A model generated the notes under the pieces. It worked only from the letters and a program-made list of their open reading frames with translations. It was not told where the DNA came from and did not search any database. From Candidatus Latescibacterota bacterium (GTDB lineage Bacteria; Latescibacterota; UBA2968; UBA8231), in assembly GCA_965215195.1 (NCBI GenBank), contig CBDCDC010000002.1, positions 3,616,001 to 3,680,000 of the forward strand: a DNA stretch of 64,000 nt, read 5' to 3'. Position 1 is the stretch's first letter; each line of letters starts with the position of its first letter. Below, piece after piece: positions 55,214 through 64,000 of the stretch. The translations under genes were made by a program, and so were the position numbers.

Positions 55214-57544
55214 TCAAAACTCCACAGCTTCGCGCTTCATGGCGCGCAAGGTCGCAGTAGTGCCAAAGAAGACGATCAAAAAGAGCAGCACTGCAATGGC
55301 CGTGGCCTCCCCCACCTTGAACTCGGTAAACATGGCCTGCACCATCCGCGTGCCGATCACGTGGTTGTCGGTCGTCGGCCGCTGATTGGTCAGCAGCCAA
55401 ATCACCTCAAACGCCTTCATGCCGCCGATGATCATAAACACAATCGCTATCGACAGCACCTCCCAAATCAGCGGCACGGTAATCGACCAAAACTGCCGCC
55501 AAGCCGAGGCCCCGTCGATGTCGGCCGCCTCGTACATGCTCTGCGGGATGCTCTCCATCGCCGCCAAAAACAGCACCATGTTGAACCCGGCCGCGCCCCA
55601 GATCGACATGGGTATCAGCGCCCAGTAGAGGTTGTCCTGCGCCAGCCAAGCAAAGCCATCAAACCCCTCCAAGCCCAAGGCCACCAACACCGTGTTGATC
55701 GGCCCGCCCTGTGGATTGTACAAATGCATCCACAGCAGGGTCGCCGCGACTCCGCCGAGGATGTTGGGAAAGAAGAAGACGATGCGGAAGAGCTTGGCTC
55801 CGACGAGCTCGCGGCTGATGCACACCGCCAAGAAAAGTGCCAGCGGCAACACGCAGAGCGGGATGACGAACATGATGAAGAGATTGTTCGACAGCGCGAT
55901 CCAGAACTCATCGCTCTCAAAGAGCAGCCGCTGGAAATGCAACAGTCCGACGAAGACCATCTCGGTCAGTCCGTCCCAGCGCATCGCGCTCCAGACGAAG
56001 GACTTGACGCTGGGTACGACCACAAAGAGCGTATAAAACGCCGCGGCCGGCCCCACGAAGAACACCACCCCAGCCCAGTTCAAGCGCACGGTGCTGGTAG
56101 GTCGGGGGGCTTGGCTGCGCCACTGCCGCACGGTCGTGTACAACCAATAGCCCATCGCCAGCGCCAAAAGCCCCAACAGCAGCGCGGGTTTCCACAGATG
56201 GCGGATGGTAATTTGGTCGGGACGCTGGCTGCGGTTGCGCACGGCCTCGGCGGCCGACTCCAACTCTCTGGCCCCCGCCTCCGGCGTTAGCTGCCCATTG
56301 ACGATCTTGAAGCGCACGTCGTTGAGGAACTGGTCCATCTCCGGGAAGCCCTCGCCCGGGGCCGTGCCATAGGTCGTCGTCGCTCGTTGCGCCAAGTTCA
56401 CCAAGTCCTGCATGTCCTCGGTCGTCCGCCCCTCCATCGCCCCATCGACAGCCACCAAAATGTCGCGCATCTCGGCGAAGGTGCCGGCCATCTCCCGCGA
56501 GGTCATAAAGCGCAAAAAATCCACGCCCAACTCGGGGTGGGCGCTGTTTTTGAAGACAAAGTAATACCCGGCACCTGTGTAGATGGCACCGGGTTCGCCG
56601 ACTCCGCCCTCAACCACGGGCAAATTAAACGCCCCCAAGCGGAAGCCGTCGGGGATTTTGCCCATCATCTCGCTTTTGAGCCAAGAGCCGCAAAAGACCA
56701 TGGCGGTGTGGCCCAAGAAAAACTCGAGCTGGGCCTCGGTGTGGCTCATGCCGAGGGCCCCGGGCTGGAAGTACTCCTGCGCCGTGCGCTGAATAAGCCC
56801 GAGTGCCGCCTCGTATTCGGGGTTGGCGAAACTGCCCGGCACCAGATCTTTCTGTTCGTAGAACCGGGTGCGGCCAGCGAGGTGATAATAGGCGTTGTCG
56901 GTAACGCCGCCGATATAGCCTGGATAGCGCCCCTGAAAGGCCAGCGGCCAGATCCCTGCTGCGCGGATTTGCTCGCAGAGGGCGAAAAACTCGTCCCAAG
57001 TGCGCGGCGGTCCCCAGCCGTGCTCCTCGAACATGTTCTTGTTGTACCACACGGCATAGACCGAATAGAGGAAGGGGATGCCGTAGACCTTGCCCTCGTA
57101 CTCATAGCGATCGAGACTGCCGGGCAGGAAGGACGTGCGCCAAGTCCGGTCCCCGTCCCAACTCGGCCCGTCCAAATAATCGTCGAGGGGCAGGATTTCG
57201 CCGTTGCGGATCAGCGCCCAGTAGTTGAGACCCGCGTTGCTAACTTCCGGGAACGTCCCTTCGAGAATCCGCACCCGCACCTTGTCGGCAATGCGCGGAT
57301 CGCCGTAGAGATCGACCTGCACCTCGGGACGGGCCTTTTCGTATTCGCGGGCGGCAAAAAAGAAAAAGTCCAAGCCGGCACCGCCCTCAAAAATGGGCAC
57401 TTCAACGCGAGTCGCCGCCTGCGCTGGCACCGGGCCGCAAAGCAGCCCCAGCACAACGGCCGTCCAGCCGAGGGCCTTATTGGGTGTTGTTATTTGCAAG
57501 CTGGTCACGAGTACCTTTGGGGCCTTGATCGTGGAGTTGTCCAC
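55214..57544 (-). CDS. Fused extracellular solute-binding protein and carbohydrate ABC permease
   Basis: SBP motifs (GKVYGIP, WYNKNMFEEHG, PRTWDEF) followed by permease with EAADIDGA. Confidence 0.88.
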   Translation of the reverse strand: MDNSTIKAPKVLVTSLQITTPNKALGWTAVVLGLLCGPVPAQAATRVEVPIFEGGAGLDFFFFAAREYEKARPEVQVDLYGDPRIADKVRVRILEGTFPEVSNAGLNYWALIRNGEILPLDDYLDGPSWDGDRTWRTSFLPGSLDRYEYEGKVYGIPFLYSVYAVWYNKNMFEEHGWGPPRTWDEFFALCEQIRAAGIWPLAFQGRYPGYIGGVTDNAYYHLAGRTRFYEQKDLVPGSFANPEYEAALGLIQRTAQEYFQPGALGMSHTEAQLEFFLGHTAMVFCGSWLKSEMMGKIPDGFRLGAFNLPVVEGGVGEPGAIYTGAGYYFVFKNSAHPELGVDFLRFMTSREMAGTFAEMRDILVAVDGAMEGRTTEDMQDLVNLAQRATTTYGTAPGEGFPEMDQFLNDVRFKIVNGQLTPEAGARELESAAEAVRNRSQRPDQITIRHLWKPALLLGLLALAMGYWLYTTVRQWRSQAPRPTSTVRLNWAGVVFFVGPAAAFYTLFVVVPSVKSFVWSAMRWDGLTEMVFVGLLHFQRLLFESDEFWIALSNNLFIMFVIPLCVLPLALFLAVCISRELVGAKLFRIVFFFPNILGGVAATLLWMHLYNPQGGPINTVLVALGLEGFDGFAWLAQDNLYWALIPMSIWGAAGFNMVLFLAAMESIPQSMYEAADIDGASAWRQFWSITVPLIWEVLSIAIVFMIIGGMKAFEVIWLLTNQRPTTDNHVIGTRMVQAMFTEFKVGEATAIAVLLFLIVFFGTTATLRAMKREAVEF

Positions 57545-57561
57545 TGATCTCGTAAAACTAT

Positions 57562-57833
57562 TTATCCTGAAAGAAGACGGTCATATTCGGCATGTGAGCC
57601 AATCCAAAACCAGATCATTGTATTTTCATCGGCTTTATAGCCTAAAGCCCGCCAACTGCGTCCGATCCGCACAGAGTAGATAGGCACGGTTTCCCTTTTG
57701 ACCTGCTTAAAAAAAGCCCTCTTTGTTGAGGGTTTCTTCACCATCTCCGATAAGCAATGACGGCCTGGGCTTGAACGGACCGGGGAAGACGATAGAATGC
57801 CGCCCAGAAATCTGCGGTTGCTCTGGAGTTCAT
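57562..57833 (-). pseudogene. ParE/RelE-like toxin with nonsense codon and frameshift
   Basis: MNSRATADFWAAFYRLP..VQ.QA..AYRRW*RNP, then a -1 shift in a T7 run to FKQV...YSVRIGRSWRALG...WFWIGSHAEYD. Confidence 0.8.
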
Positions 57834-58087
57834 TGAGCCATATTGCCGGGATCAAAATTACTAACGTCCCCTCGTTCCACAGCTTTTTGTGCCTTTTTTA
57901 CCATCTTTTCGAGCAGAGCGTGGGAGCGGGCTGAGCCTACTAAGGTGTCCCATTCCGCCTCATCCGCCTCATCTTCTGGTCCCAGAGTGTTATCTACCAC
58001 TACCAAGAGGGCCGCGGCAATATCGTCCTGCTCTTCTGCGCTTAGACGCGAAGCCTTTTCAAAGGCGTCTTGAAGTTGGTTTGTCAT
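57830..58087 (-). CDS. Putative antitoxin
   Basis: MTNQLQDAFEKASRLSAEEQDDIA...DEAEWD; stop overlaps the toxin start (ATGA). Confidence 0.75.
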   Translation of the reverse strand: MTNQLQDAFEKASRLSAEEQDDIAAALLVVVDNTLGPEDEADEAEWDTLVGSARSHALLEKMVKKAQKAVERGDVSNFDPGNMAQ

Positions 58088-58279
58088 AGCAACCTTTCGC
58101 AAAGAATCAATACGGTCTGAAAAATCTATTCATCTAGGTGTCATAATAATATCTACTTCTCTAGGCTTCTCCGAGATATCGCCATACAAGGCGGTCTGAG
58201 TCTGTTTTTCGATAGGACGCGGTTCTTCGCGCAGAGGGCGGCGACGTGACAGCTTCTTAGTCTTTAAGGATGAAAGTAT

Positions 58280-58314
58280 CCCATGCAGGAGAGATAGCAC
58301 CTCTCTCGCATGGG
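58280..58314 (-). terminator. Stem-loop after secreted protein gene
   Basis: CCCATGC...GCATGGG extended hairpin 16 nt past the stop. Confidence 0.5.
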
Positions 58315-58330
58315 CTAAAAAGCTGAGGAC

Positions 58331-59227
58331 CTACTCGCCAAAACTCGCCTTGATCCGCGCCCAAGACAGATCGGCAACCGCAGTGGCGTCGTTAGCACCG
58401 ACTAGCCGGGCATCGACGAAGCGGTCGGCAAAGCGGAAGGTCGCCGCTTGACCGGAGAGCGTGTGGTAGCCGCGGTACTCTTGGGGGGCGGTGTCAAAGT
58501 CCGGCATGGCGATCTGTAAGCCGATGATGTTGCCGGCCTCCAAGTCCGTGGCCACGCTGCCCGCTTGGTCGCTGAAGACGATATCGTCATAGGGCGTGAC
58601 GTAGATTTCGAGAATCGACGTGGTTGGCCCGCCGCCGACCGACCCGCCGCCGCCATCGCTCAGCGGTGTTGAGTTGAGCCACTCGGCGCGGCCCGGATAG
58701 CCCAGAATGCGCCCGTCGGGCGCGTCGAAGATAGCGTTCCACTTCTGGGCTTGGCGGTTCTGGTTGAGTGCCTTCTCCGCGTCGGTCATGGTCTCGTCGT
58801 TATTGAAATTGTACTGACCTCCAGAGTGATCGCCGTCCACCATGAACTCGACCGAGTCGTATTGCCACACCGAGGCGGGTGCGCCGCCGCTGTACTCATT
58901 GATATAGACGTCGTCGATGCGCTCGGCCGCTAAATAGAGCCGATTGTTGGTCTCGTTCCAGCCCAGCCAGAGCCGGTAATCCATATCGGCTGGGTTGTAC
59001 TGGGCACCGTCGCCAACGGTCGGGTCGGCGAAAAAGTCCTCAGGCGTGAGCGAAGCGTCGCCGACCACGTCCTCCCAGTCGGAGATATCCGCGTCGAAGA
59101 GGTTGATATCCTCCAAATCGGCATCCGGGATCTCGAAGATCAGATAGATCTTGTCGCCGATGTGGGCATGGGCACTGCCGGCCAGCACAAAGGCCAGCAT
59201 GAAGCAAAACGTACTGATGAGTCGCAT
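58331..59227 (-). CDS. Secreted protein, possible CBM9/DOMON-like sugar-binding domain, C-terminal TAV..SWA..K motif
   Basis: Signal peptide ...AGSAHA; LYLAAERIDD, WQYDSVEFMVDGD; ends TAVADLSWARIKASFGE; AGGAGG RBS. Confidence 0.75.
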   Translation of the reverse strand: MRLISTFCFMLAFVLAGSAHAHIGDKIYLIFEIPDADLEDINLFDADISDWEDVVGDASLTPEDFFADPTVGDGAQYNPADMDYRLWLGWNETNNRLYLAAERIDDVYINEYSGGAPASVWQYDSVEFMVDGDHSGGQYNFNNDETMTDAEKALNQNRQAQKWNAIFDAPDGRILGYPGRAEWLNSTPLSDGGGGSVGGGPTTSILEIYVTPYDDIVFSDQAGSVATDLEAGNIIGLQIAMPDFDTAPQEYRGYHTLSGQAATFRFADRFVDARLVGANDATAVADLSWARIKASFGE

Positions 59228-59289
59228 AAAAGCACCTCCTTTGGGTTTGCTTTTAAGTGTGCGAGTCGCCTGTACATAGGCGCTCTTGG

Positions 59290-60042
59290 TTAGTGTTCCC
59301 CAATCACATCCCCACTCTCTACGCTGGGGCACCAGAACTTTTCGATAAACTCAACTACTAAGCCCGTGCCCTCGTCGTGGCTGACGTAGGGCGGCATGGC
59401 CGGATTGTACATCGCGTCAGTCAAGTCGCGGATCAGCGCCACATCCACCCCCCAACGCACCATCTGCTTGATGGCAAAGGTGCGGTGCAAAACGCACATA
59501 TTGGTGTGGACGCCCATAATTAGCAGATGTGCAATCCCTTGGTGTTGTAAATAGCTATACACCTCCGTCCCCTTATCCGAAATAATATCCCGCTCTTGGT
59601 CGATTCCAATCCCCGGATGCTGCCGATTCCAAGCCTTGAAGGTTTCGGTCTCGCCCGTGTCCGCCCCGTGATCAGAGGCATCCACCGGCAGCGGCGGATC
59701 CGGGTGCTCGGCCTCGGGCGGCGGCGCAACCTCGGGTGCTGCGAACGCACGCTGACGCGCTGGCGCATCGGCGTAAAAATCCATGGTATCCGAAGGCGAG
59801 TGAACGATCAGGCCACCGGCCGCACGCATCGCCCGGACCACCGCGTCCATCCGCTCGACCATAGCGTCGAGACGCTCGACCGCACCGCGGCACCAGTGGC
59901 TGTTCCACACGTCGCACAGCAAGAGCGCGGTTTGGTCCGCCGCCCATTCTTGGGTGCTGATTTGCACCTGCCAGATAGCGTGGCCGCCCTCGTCCTGTGC
60001 AAGGCGCTGAGAACGCAAATTGAGTCGCAAAAAGTTGCTCAT
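59290..60042 (-). CDS. Isochorismatase/nicotinamidase family protein
   Basis: TALLLCDVW, MGVHTNMCVL, RDLTDAMY. Confidence 0.88.
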   Translation of the reverse strand: MSNFLRLNLRSQRLAQDEGGHAIWQVQISTQEWAADQTALLLCDVWNSHWCRGAVERLDAMVERMDAVVRAMRAAGGLIVHSPSDTMDFYADAPARQRAFAAPEVAPPPEAEHPDPPLPVDASDHGADTGETETFKAWNRQHPGIGIDQERDIISDKGTEVYSYLQHQGIAHLLIMGVHTNMCVLHRTFAIKQMVRWGVDVALIRDLTDAMYNPAMPPYVSHDEGTGLVVEFIEKFWCPSVESGDVIGEH

Positions 60043-60064
60043 ATTGCCCTCATTTTAAGGAGTT

Positions 60065-60652
60065 CTAACGCTCGATCGTCCAAGGCATAGAATCGGTTTC
60101 AATGGCTCGCCAGACATTGCCCAGCCAAATTGGCCAAAACCACGCCGTATTTTGCCCATCAGGAAGAAGCGTCCCTGCAATGGGGTATCTTTCCTCGTAG
60201 TTGACCGGGCCTTTTAAGTATTTGTCGAGTTCTGAGTACGGAATCCAAGCGTATGGCCCTCTTTCCATGTAGGATTTGTCGTCATTTGGGAGCGGGTTGT
60301 TGGTCACACGTTGCGCTGGAACAAATGGGATTTCCGCGAAGTACAGGGCAAAGCCATTGCGATCTATCACTGGTTGCTGTCCTTGGATCATAGCCAGCAA
60401 ATCATCGCGCAGAAAGTATCCCCGCGTCTCTTCCTCGGTTTCTCGCGCCGCCGTTTCCGCGGTGCTTTCGCCCTCGTGGGAACCTCCTCCGTACGCGGCC
60501 CAACCTCGGTCACTGGCGCGGTGATCGGCGAGCAGCAGAAATACATCGTCGCCAGACTTGAAATAGAGCACCATTCCGGCCGGACGTTCCGCTTGGCATC
60601 CGGCACATAAGCCGACGACAAGTGCGCATACGACAAAAAGTTTGCTGAGCAA
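60065..60652 (-). CDS. NUDIX-domain protein with lipoprotein-like signal
   Basis: GGGSHEGESTAETAARETEEET Nudix box; LCAGC lipobox. Confidence 0.8.
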   Translation of the reverse strand: MLSKLFVVCALVVGLCAGCQAERPAGMVLYFKSGDDVFLLLADHRASDRGWAAYGGGSHEGESTAETAARETEEETRGYFLRDDLLAMIQGQQPVIDRNGFALYFAEIPFVPAQRVTNNPLPNDDKSYMERGPYAWIPYSELDKYLKGPVNYEERYPIAGTLLPDGQNTAWFWPIWLGNVWRAIETDSMPWTIER

Positions 60653-60816
60653 CGGCTTTCTCCTTTAGCGTTATGAACTAGCTTCCGCGCATACAACGCG
60701 AACTCAAAGCAATTTCAGCTAACGGTACAGAAATTCTTGCTGCTTCCATAAGTGAGTGAACGAAGAGCCTCATTTACCGACTCGTCCGCGGGCAATGCCT
60801 TCCACCTCTTTTCGCC

Positions 60817-61968
60817 TTAAAACGTCCCCTGCACATCCATTACCTGCCCGCCCCCCTCCTTCACCTTGGAGGTGGCCACCCGCTTTTGCAGCTCTTCGCA
60901 GTACAAATCCTCATCCACCGGAATAGGTACCCAATCTTCCGTCCACGTCGAAAGCAACATGGCATTGGCCAACTCCACGCCGTTGATCCCCTCGGTCCCC
61001 GCGGCCAACAGCGGCGACCCAGTGCGGATGGCCTGCACCCAGTTTTGGGTAATGCCCTTGTGCTCTTCGCCGCCGCCGCTTGGTATCTCGCATTTCCAAA
61101 TCTCCGGGCTGCCAAACCCATGCGGCCACTCCACGAGGAATTTGCTCGCCGACTCGGTCGTGCGCCAAAAGGTGATTTTGCCGCCTTCCAACACCACCTT
61201 GCCGCGATCCGCTGAAATCTCCAGCCGATTGGTCCCCGGGGCCTCGCCCGTAGAAGTGATAAAGACGCCCGTGGCGCCGTTCTCGTATTCGACGTAGGCC
61301 GTTACGTCGTCTTCGACCTCAATGTCGTGGTATTGCCCAAAGCGACAAAAGGCCCGCACTCGCTGCGGCATTCCGCAAATCCACTGCCACAGGTCGAGAT
61401 TGTGCGGGCACTGATTGGCCAACACGCCGCCGCCTTCGCCAGCCCAAGTCGCCCGCCAGCCGCCCGAATCGTAGTAGCTCTGGGCGCGAAACCAATTGTT
61501 GATGATGTAAATCGTGCGCCGGATCTGCCCCAATTCGCCGGAGGCGACGAGCGACTTGAGCTTCTGGTGCTCGCCGCGCGCGCGCTGGTTGAACATCACG
61601 CCAAAAACCCGGTCGCTTTTGGCCGCAGCCTCGTTCATCTCGCGGACTTGGCGCGTATAGACCCCAGCCGGCTTCTCGCTCATGGCGTGCAGGCCGTTTT
61701 CCAGCGCGGCGATCACCAGCGGGGGGTGGAAGTAGTGGGGGGTGGCGACGATCACGGCGTCCACGCATTGGGCCGCCAACAGGGCATCGGCTGCGGCGAA
61801 GGCTTGTACGCCCGCGCCGTATTGGTCCTGCACATCCGCGAGCCGAGCCGGATCGATGTCGGCTACGGCCGCGAGTTCCGCACCGGCAATTTGACCTTGG
61901 GAAAGATAGGTGGCGTGGCTGCTGCCCATGCCGCCGAGGCCGATAATGCCAATTCGCACCTTGTCCAT
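60817..61968 (-). CDS. Gfo/Idh/MocA family oxidoreductase
   Basis: IGIIGLGGMG, SEKPAG, WRATWAGEGGGVLANQCPHNLD; start trimmed to ATG 61968. Confidence 0.93.
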   Translation of the reverse strand: MDKVRIGIIGLGGMGSSHATYLSQGQIAGAELAAVADIDPARLADVQDQYGAGVQAFAAADALLAAQCVDAVIVATPHYFHPPLVIAALENGLHAMSEKPAGVYTRQVREMNEAAAKSDRVFGVMFNQRARGEHQKLKSLVASGELGQIRRTIYIINNWFRAQSYYDSGGWRATWAGEGGGVLANQCPHNLDLWQWICGMPQRVRAFCRFGQYHDIEVEDDVTAYVEYENGATGVFITSTGEAPGTNRLEISADRGKVVLEGGKITFWRTTESASKFLVEWPHGFGSPEIWKCEIPSGGGEEHKGITQNWVQAIRTGSPLLAAGTEGINGVELANAMLLSTWTEDWVPIPVDEDLYCEELQKRVATSKVKEGGGQVMDVQGTF

Positions 61969-62226
61969 TTCGCGCTCCTTGTCGTTATCTAGCTCTGAGG
62001 AATTTGCAAAAAAAGGAAATGAGTCGCCGGCCGCGCCGACGGAAGATCGCCGCGATTGCCGCAGCAGGTTTGTCCCGTGCGCAGCCTGTTGCGCCGCTGC
62101 TCCGCACGTTGGCCGAGAAAGGATCAGCGATTGTCTCGATGCTGATGAGCACACCTAGGCCGCAATATACCTCGAAATCCGCCGAGCGGTCAAACTCGTC
62201 GGGATCGGACAGGCTGCGGCGGTCGT

Positions 62227-63447
62227 TCAGCGATCATGCGATTCCTCCGCGTGCTGTAGTATCTGTGCGGATCTGAGGTTGTCGGCGAACGTTTGGTTCG
62301 CGGAGTCCAATTCGACTGCGCGCTCAAAGGCCTCCATAGCCCCTATCCTATTCCCCGCGAGCAGCCTGACGGTGCCGATCCCATTGTGGGCGAAGGCGTA
62401 GGTAGAGTCGGCGCGCAACGCAGCTCGATAGGCTCGGGCCGCCTCTTTGGGTCGATTCTGCTGCAGCAGGAGGTTTCCCAAGTTGTTGTGGGCGGCGGCA
62501 AGTTCGGCATCTCGTGAGATAGCCTGTCGATAGAACTGAATCGCTCTGTCCGTCTCACCCCGTCGCGAGTATAGGCGAGCCAGCGCCTGATAGAGAGCCG
62601 GATCGGTGGGATCGTGGCGGATCGCCTCGCGGTACTTGGCGATGTCCGCGTCGATTGCTCTCAGCATCTCGAACCGACGCAACATCTTTCGCCCGCTCTC
62701 CTTGTGATCCAGCCGCATCAGGCAGTTGGCCAGATCGAAGTGCGCCTTCGCGTGGTACGCATTGAGCTGAATGGCTTTCTCGAGCTGCTGGCGGGCACTC
62801 GCGAAGTCCTTGGCGGCGAGCTGTAGCGCACCCAAGTGCGCCCAAGTGTCTGCATGGGTCGAGTCGATCCGCAGCGTTCTCTGCAAAACCGCTTCGGCCG
62901 CGTCCGGTCGCCCCTGCTTCCCCAGCAGGTAGCTTAGCTGGTTGCGCGCCTCCACATCGTCGGGACGGATTCCCACTGCAATCTCCAGCGATTCGATGGC
63001 TCCGTCGTAGTCGCCTCGCCGTTCCCGTAGCTGCGCCAAAGCCTTGTGGGCGGGCTGATAACCGCTGTCGGCCTCGATCGCGCGCGCCATCAGTTCTTCC
63101 GCCTCTTCGTGCCATCCCGCCGCAGAGCGCACGGAGGCCAAGTTGTAATGGGCGGCCGCGTATTCGGGCTCGAGGGATAGCGCCCGTTGGTACGATGCAG
63201 CGGCTTGGTCGAGACGCCCCTGCCGCGCCAGATTGTTGCCGAGATCGTAGTGGATGACTGGATCCCGTGGATCCAGCTGCGCCGCACGGCGCAGCAGCAG
63301 GATCGCTGCGGCGGATTCACCGCGAGCCGAGTGCTCGAACGCACTGTCGAGGAGGGCTCGTGCGGCTTCTCCCTGCCGAACCGCCTGTTTTTCGGGCCTA
63401 GGCCCTTCGCAGGCGCTCAGTAGGAAGAAGACGAGAACGGCAGGCAT
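62227..63447 (-). CDS. TPR-repeat lipoprotein
   Basis: LLSAC lipobox; repeated HYDLG/HYNLA/HNNLG TPR units. Confidence 0.88.
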   Translation of the reverse strand: MPAVLVFFLLSACEGPRPEKQAVRQGEAARALLDSAFEHSARGESAAAILLLRRAAQLDPRDPVIHYDLGNNLARQGRLDQAAASYQRALSLEPEYAAAHYNLASVRSAAGWHEEAEELMARAIEADSGYQPAHKALAQLRERRGDYDGAIESLEIAVGIRPDDVEARNQLSYLLGKQGRPDAAEAVLQRTLRIDSTHADTWAHLGALQLAAKDFASARQQLEKAIQLNAYHAKAHFDLANCLMRLDHKESGRKMLRRFEMLRAIDADIAKYREAIRHDPTDPALYQALARLYSRRGETDRAIQFYRQAISRDAELAAAHNNLGNLLLQQNRPKEAARAYRAALRADSTYAFAHNGIGTVRLLAGNRIGAMEAFERAVELDSANQTFADNLRSAQILQHAEESHDR

Positions 63448-63455
63448 GACACTCT

Positions 63456-64000
63456 TCAATTCCGGGCATCCTCTTCGCCATCCCCCCAATCGGTCAGTAC
63501 GGATCCCAGCGCGTCTTCGCGGACCACGATCTCGTCGGCAAAGTCCACGCGGAGTTGGACGAGCAACGAGTCCATCTTCTGATGCTCGGCGCGCAGACGG
63601 AGGATTACTTCAATGTTTCGCTTCACTGCCTCATAGGGTCGCGCCGGCGTCTGACTCTTTTCGGCGATGCGCAAAACGGAATATCCGCCAGGTACTTCGA
63701 GGGGTCCTAAGAGCGCACCCACTTCCGAGTCGAGGGCGCGAGGCGCGAGGGGCCCCAAGAGCGGGTTGTCTCTGGTGACGAGCCACATTGACCCGCCTCT
63801 CTTCTTCGTCACCTCGCGAATGCTGTGTACCCGCGCCAAGGAGTCGATGGGAGCACCCGCTTCTGCTTGGCCTCGAAGCCGTTGCGCCAGCGTGCGGTCC
63901 GCGACGAGCACCTCATCGACGCGAACCGTTGGACGTGGACCATACAACTCAGGATGTTCGGCGTAGTACGCCCGTTTCTCGGCATCCGAGACCTCGACGC
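63456..64000 (-). CDS. PpiC-type peptidylprolyl isomerase domain protein, 5' end beyond window
   Basis: LARVHS...KRGG...GPLEVPGGYSVLRI...PYEAVK parvulin-like pattern. Confidence 0.7.
   Translation of the reverse strand, partial: VEVSDAEKRAYYAEHPELYGPRPTVRVDEVLVADRTLAQRLRGQAEAGAPIDSLARVHSIREVTKKRGGSMWLVTRDNPLLGPLAPRALDSEVGALLGPLEVPGGYSVLRIAEKSQTPARPYEAVKRNIEVILRLRAEHQKMDSLLVQLRVDFADEIVVREDALGSVLTDWGDGEEDARN

Noticed and set aside
42389-56290. Numerous long antisense or alternate-frame ORFs in the ORF track (e.g. 42389-43000, 54327-55160, 55361-56290)
   Set aside because: Shadow ORFs of high-GC genes; they fully overlap well-supported CDSs and show no recognisable motifs.
8124-57833. Stop-codon reassignment explaining in-frame stops
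   Set aside because: Internal stops are of all three types, confined to TA genes or fragments, sometimes with frameshifts; core genes end normally with TAG/TGA/TAA.

Overview
High-GC bacterial chromosome segment. The gene content (DUF4159, sulfatase, PhyH, Gfo/Idh/MocA, a PNPFN-type C-terminal domain remnant, secreted proteins ending in SW[G/A]xxK) suggests an FCB-group lineage such as Latescibacterota; this is inference only. Housekeeping genes (thrS, proS, purA, nadC, aspC, fbp, ybbA/ybbP/tesA) are interleaved with accessory DNA. Highlights: (1) a defence island at about 1.5-13.9 kb. It holds a cyclase-less ubiquitin-like operon (MBL hydrolase ending in Gly, E2-E1-JAB fusion, patatin phospholipase), a divergent XRE-ImmA/IrrE + PIN pair and a Type III R-M system. 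(2) An unannotated, apparently leaderless 34-codon Thr-rich leader peptide with terminator/antiterminator upstream of thrS. (3) Five MITE-like elements with CTAAGTACACGAC inverted repeats, three with 8-9 bp target duplications, carrying REP-like palindromes. (4) A second Type III R-M whose mod gene is split by an IS5-family element. (5) Repeated decay of toxin genes in TA modules, and an orphan two-gene TIR cassette. All calls come from reading motifs by eye; no database searches were run.
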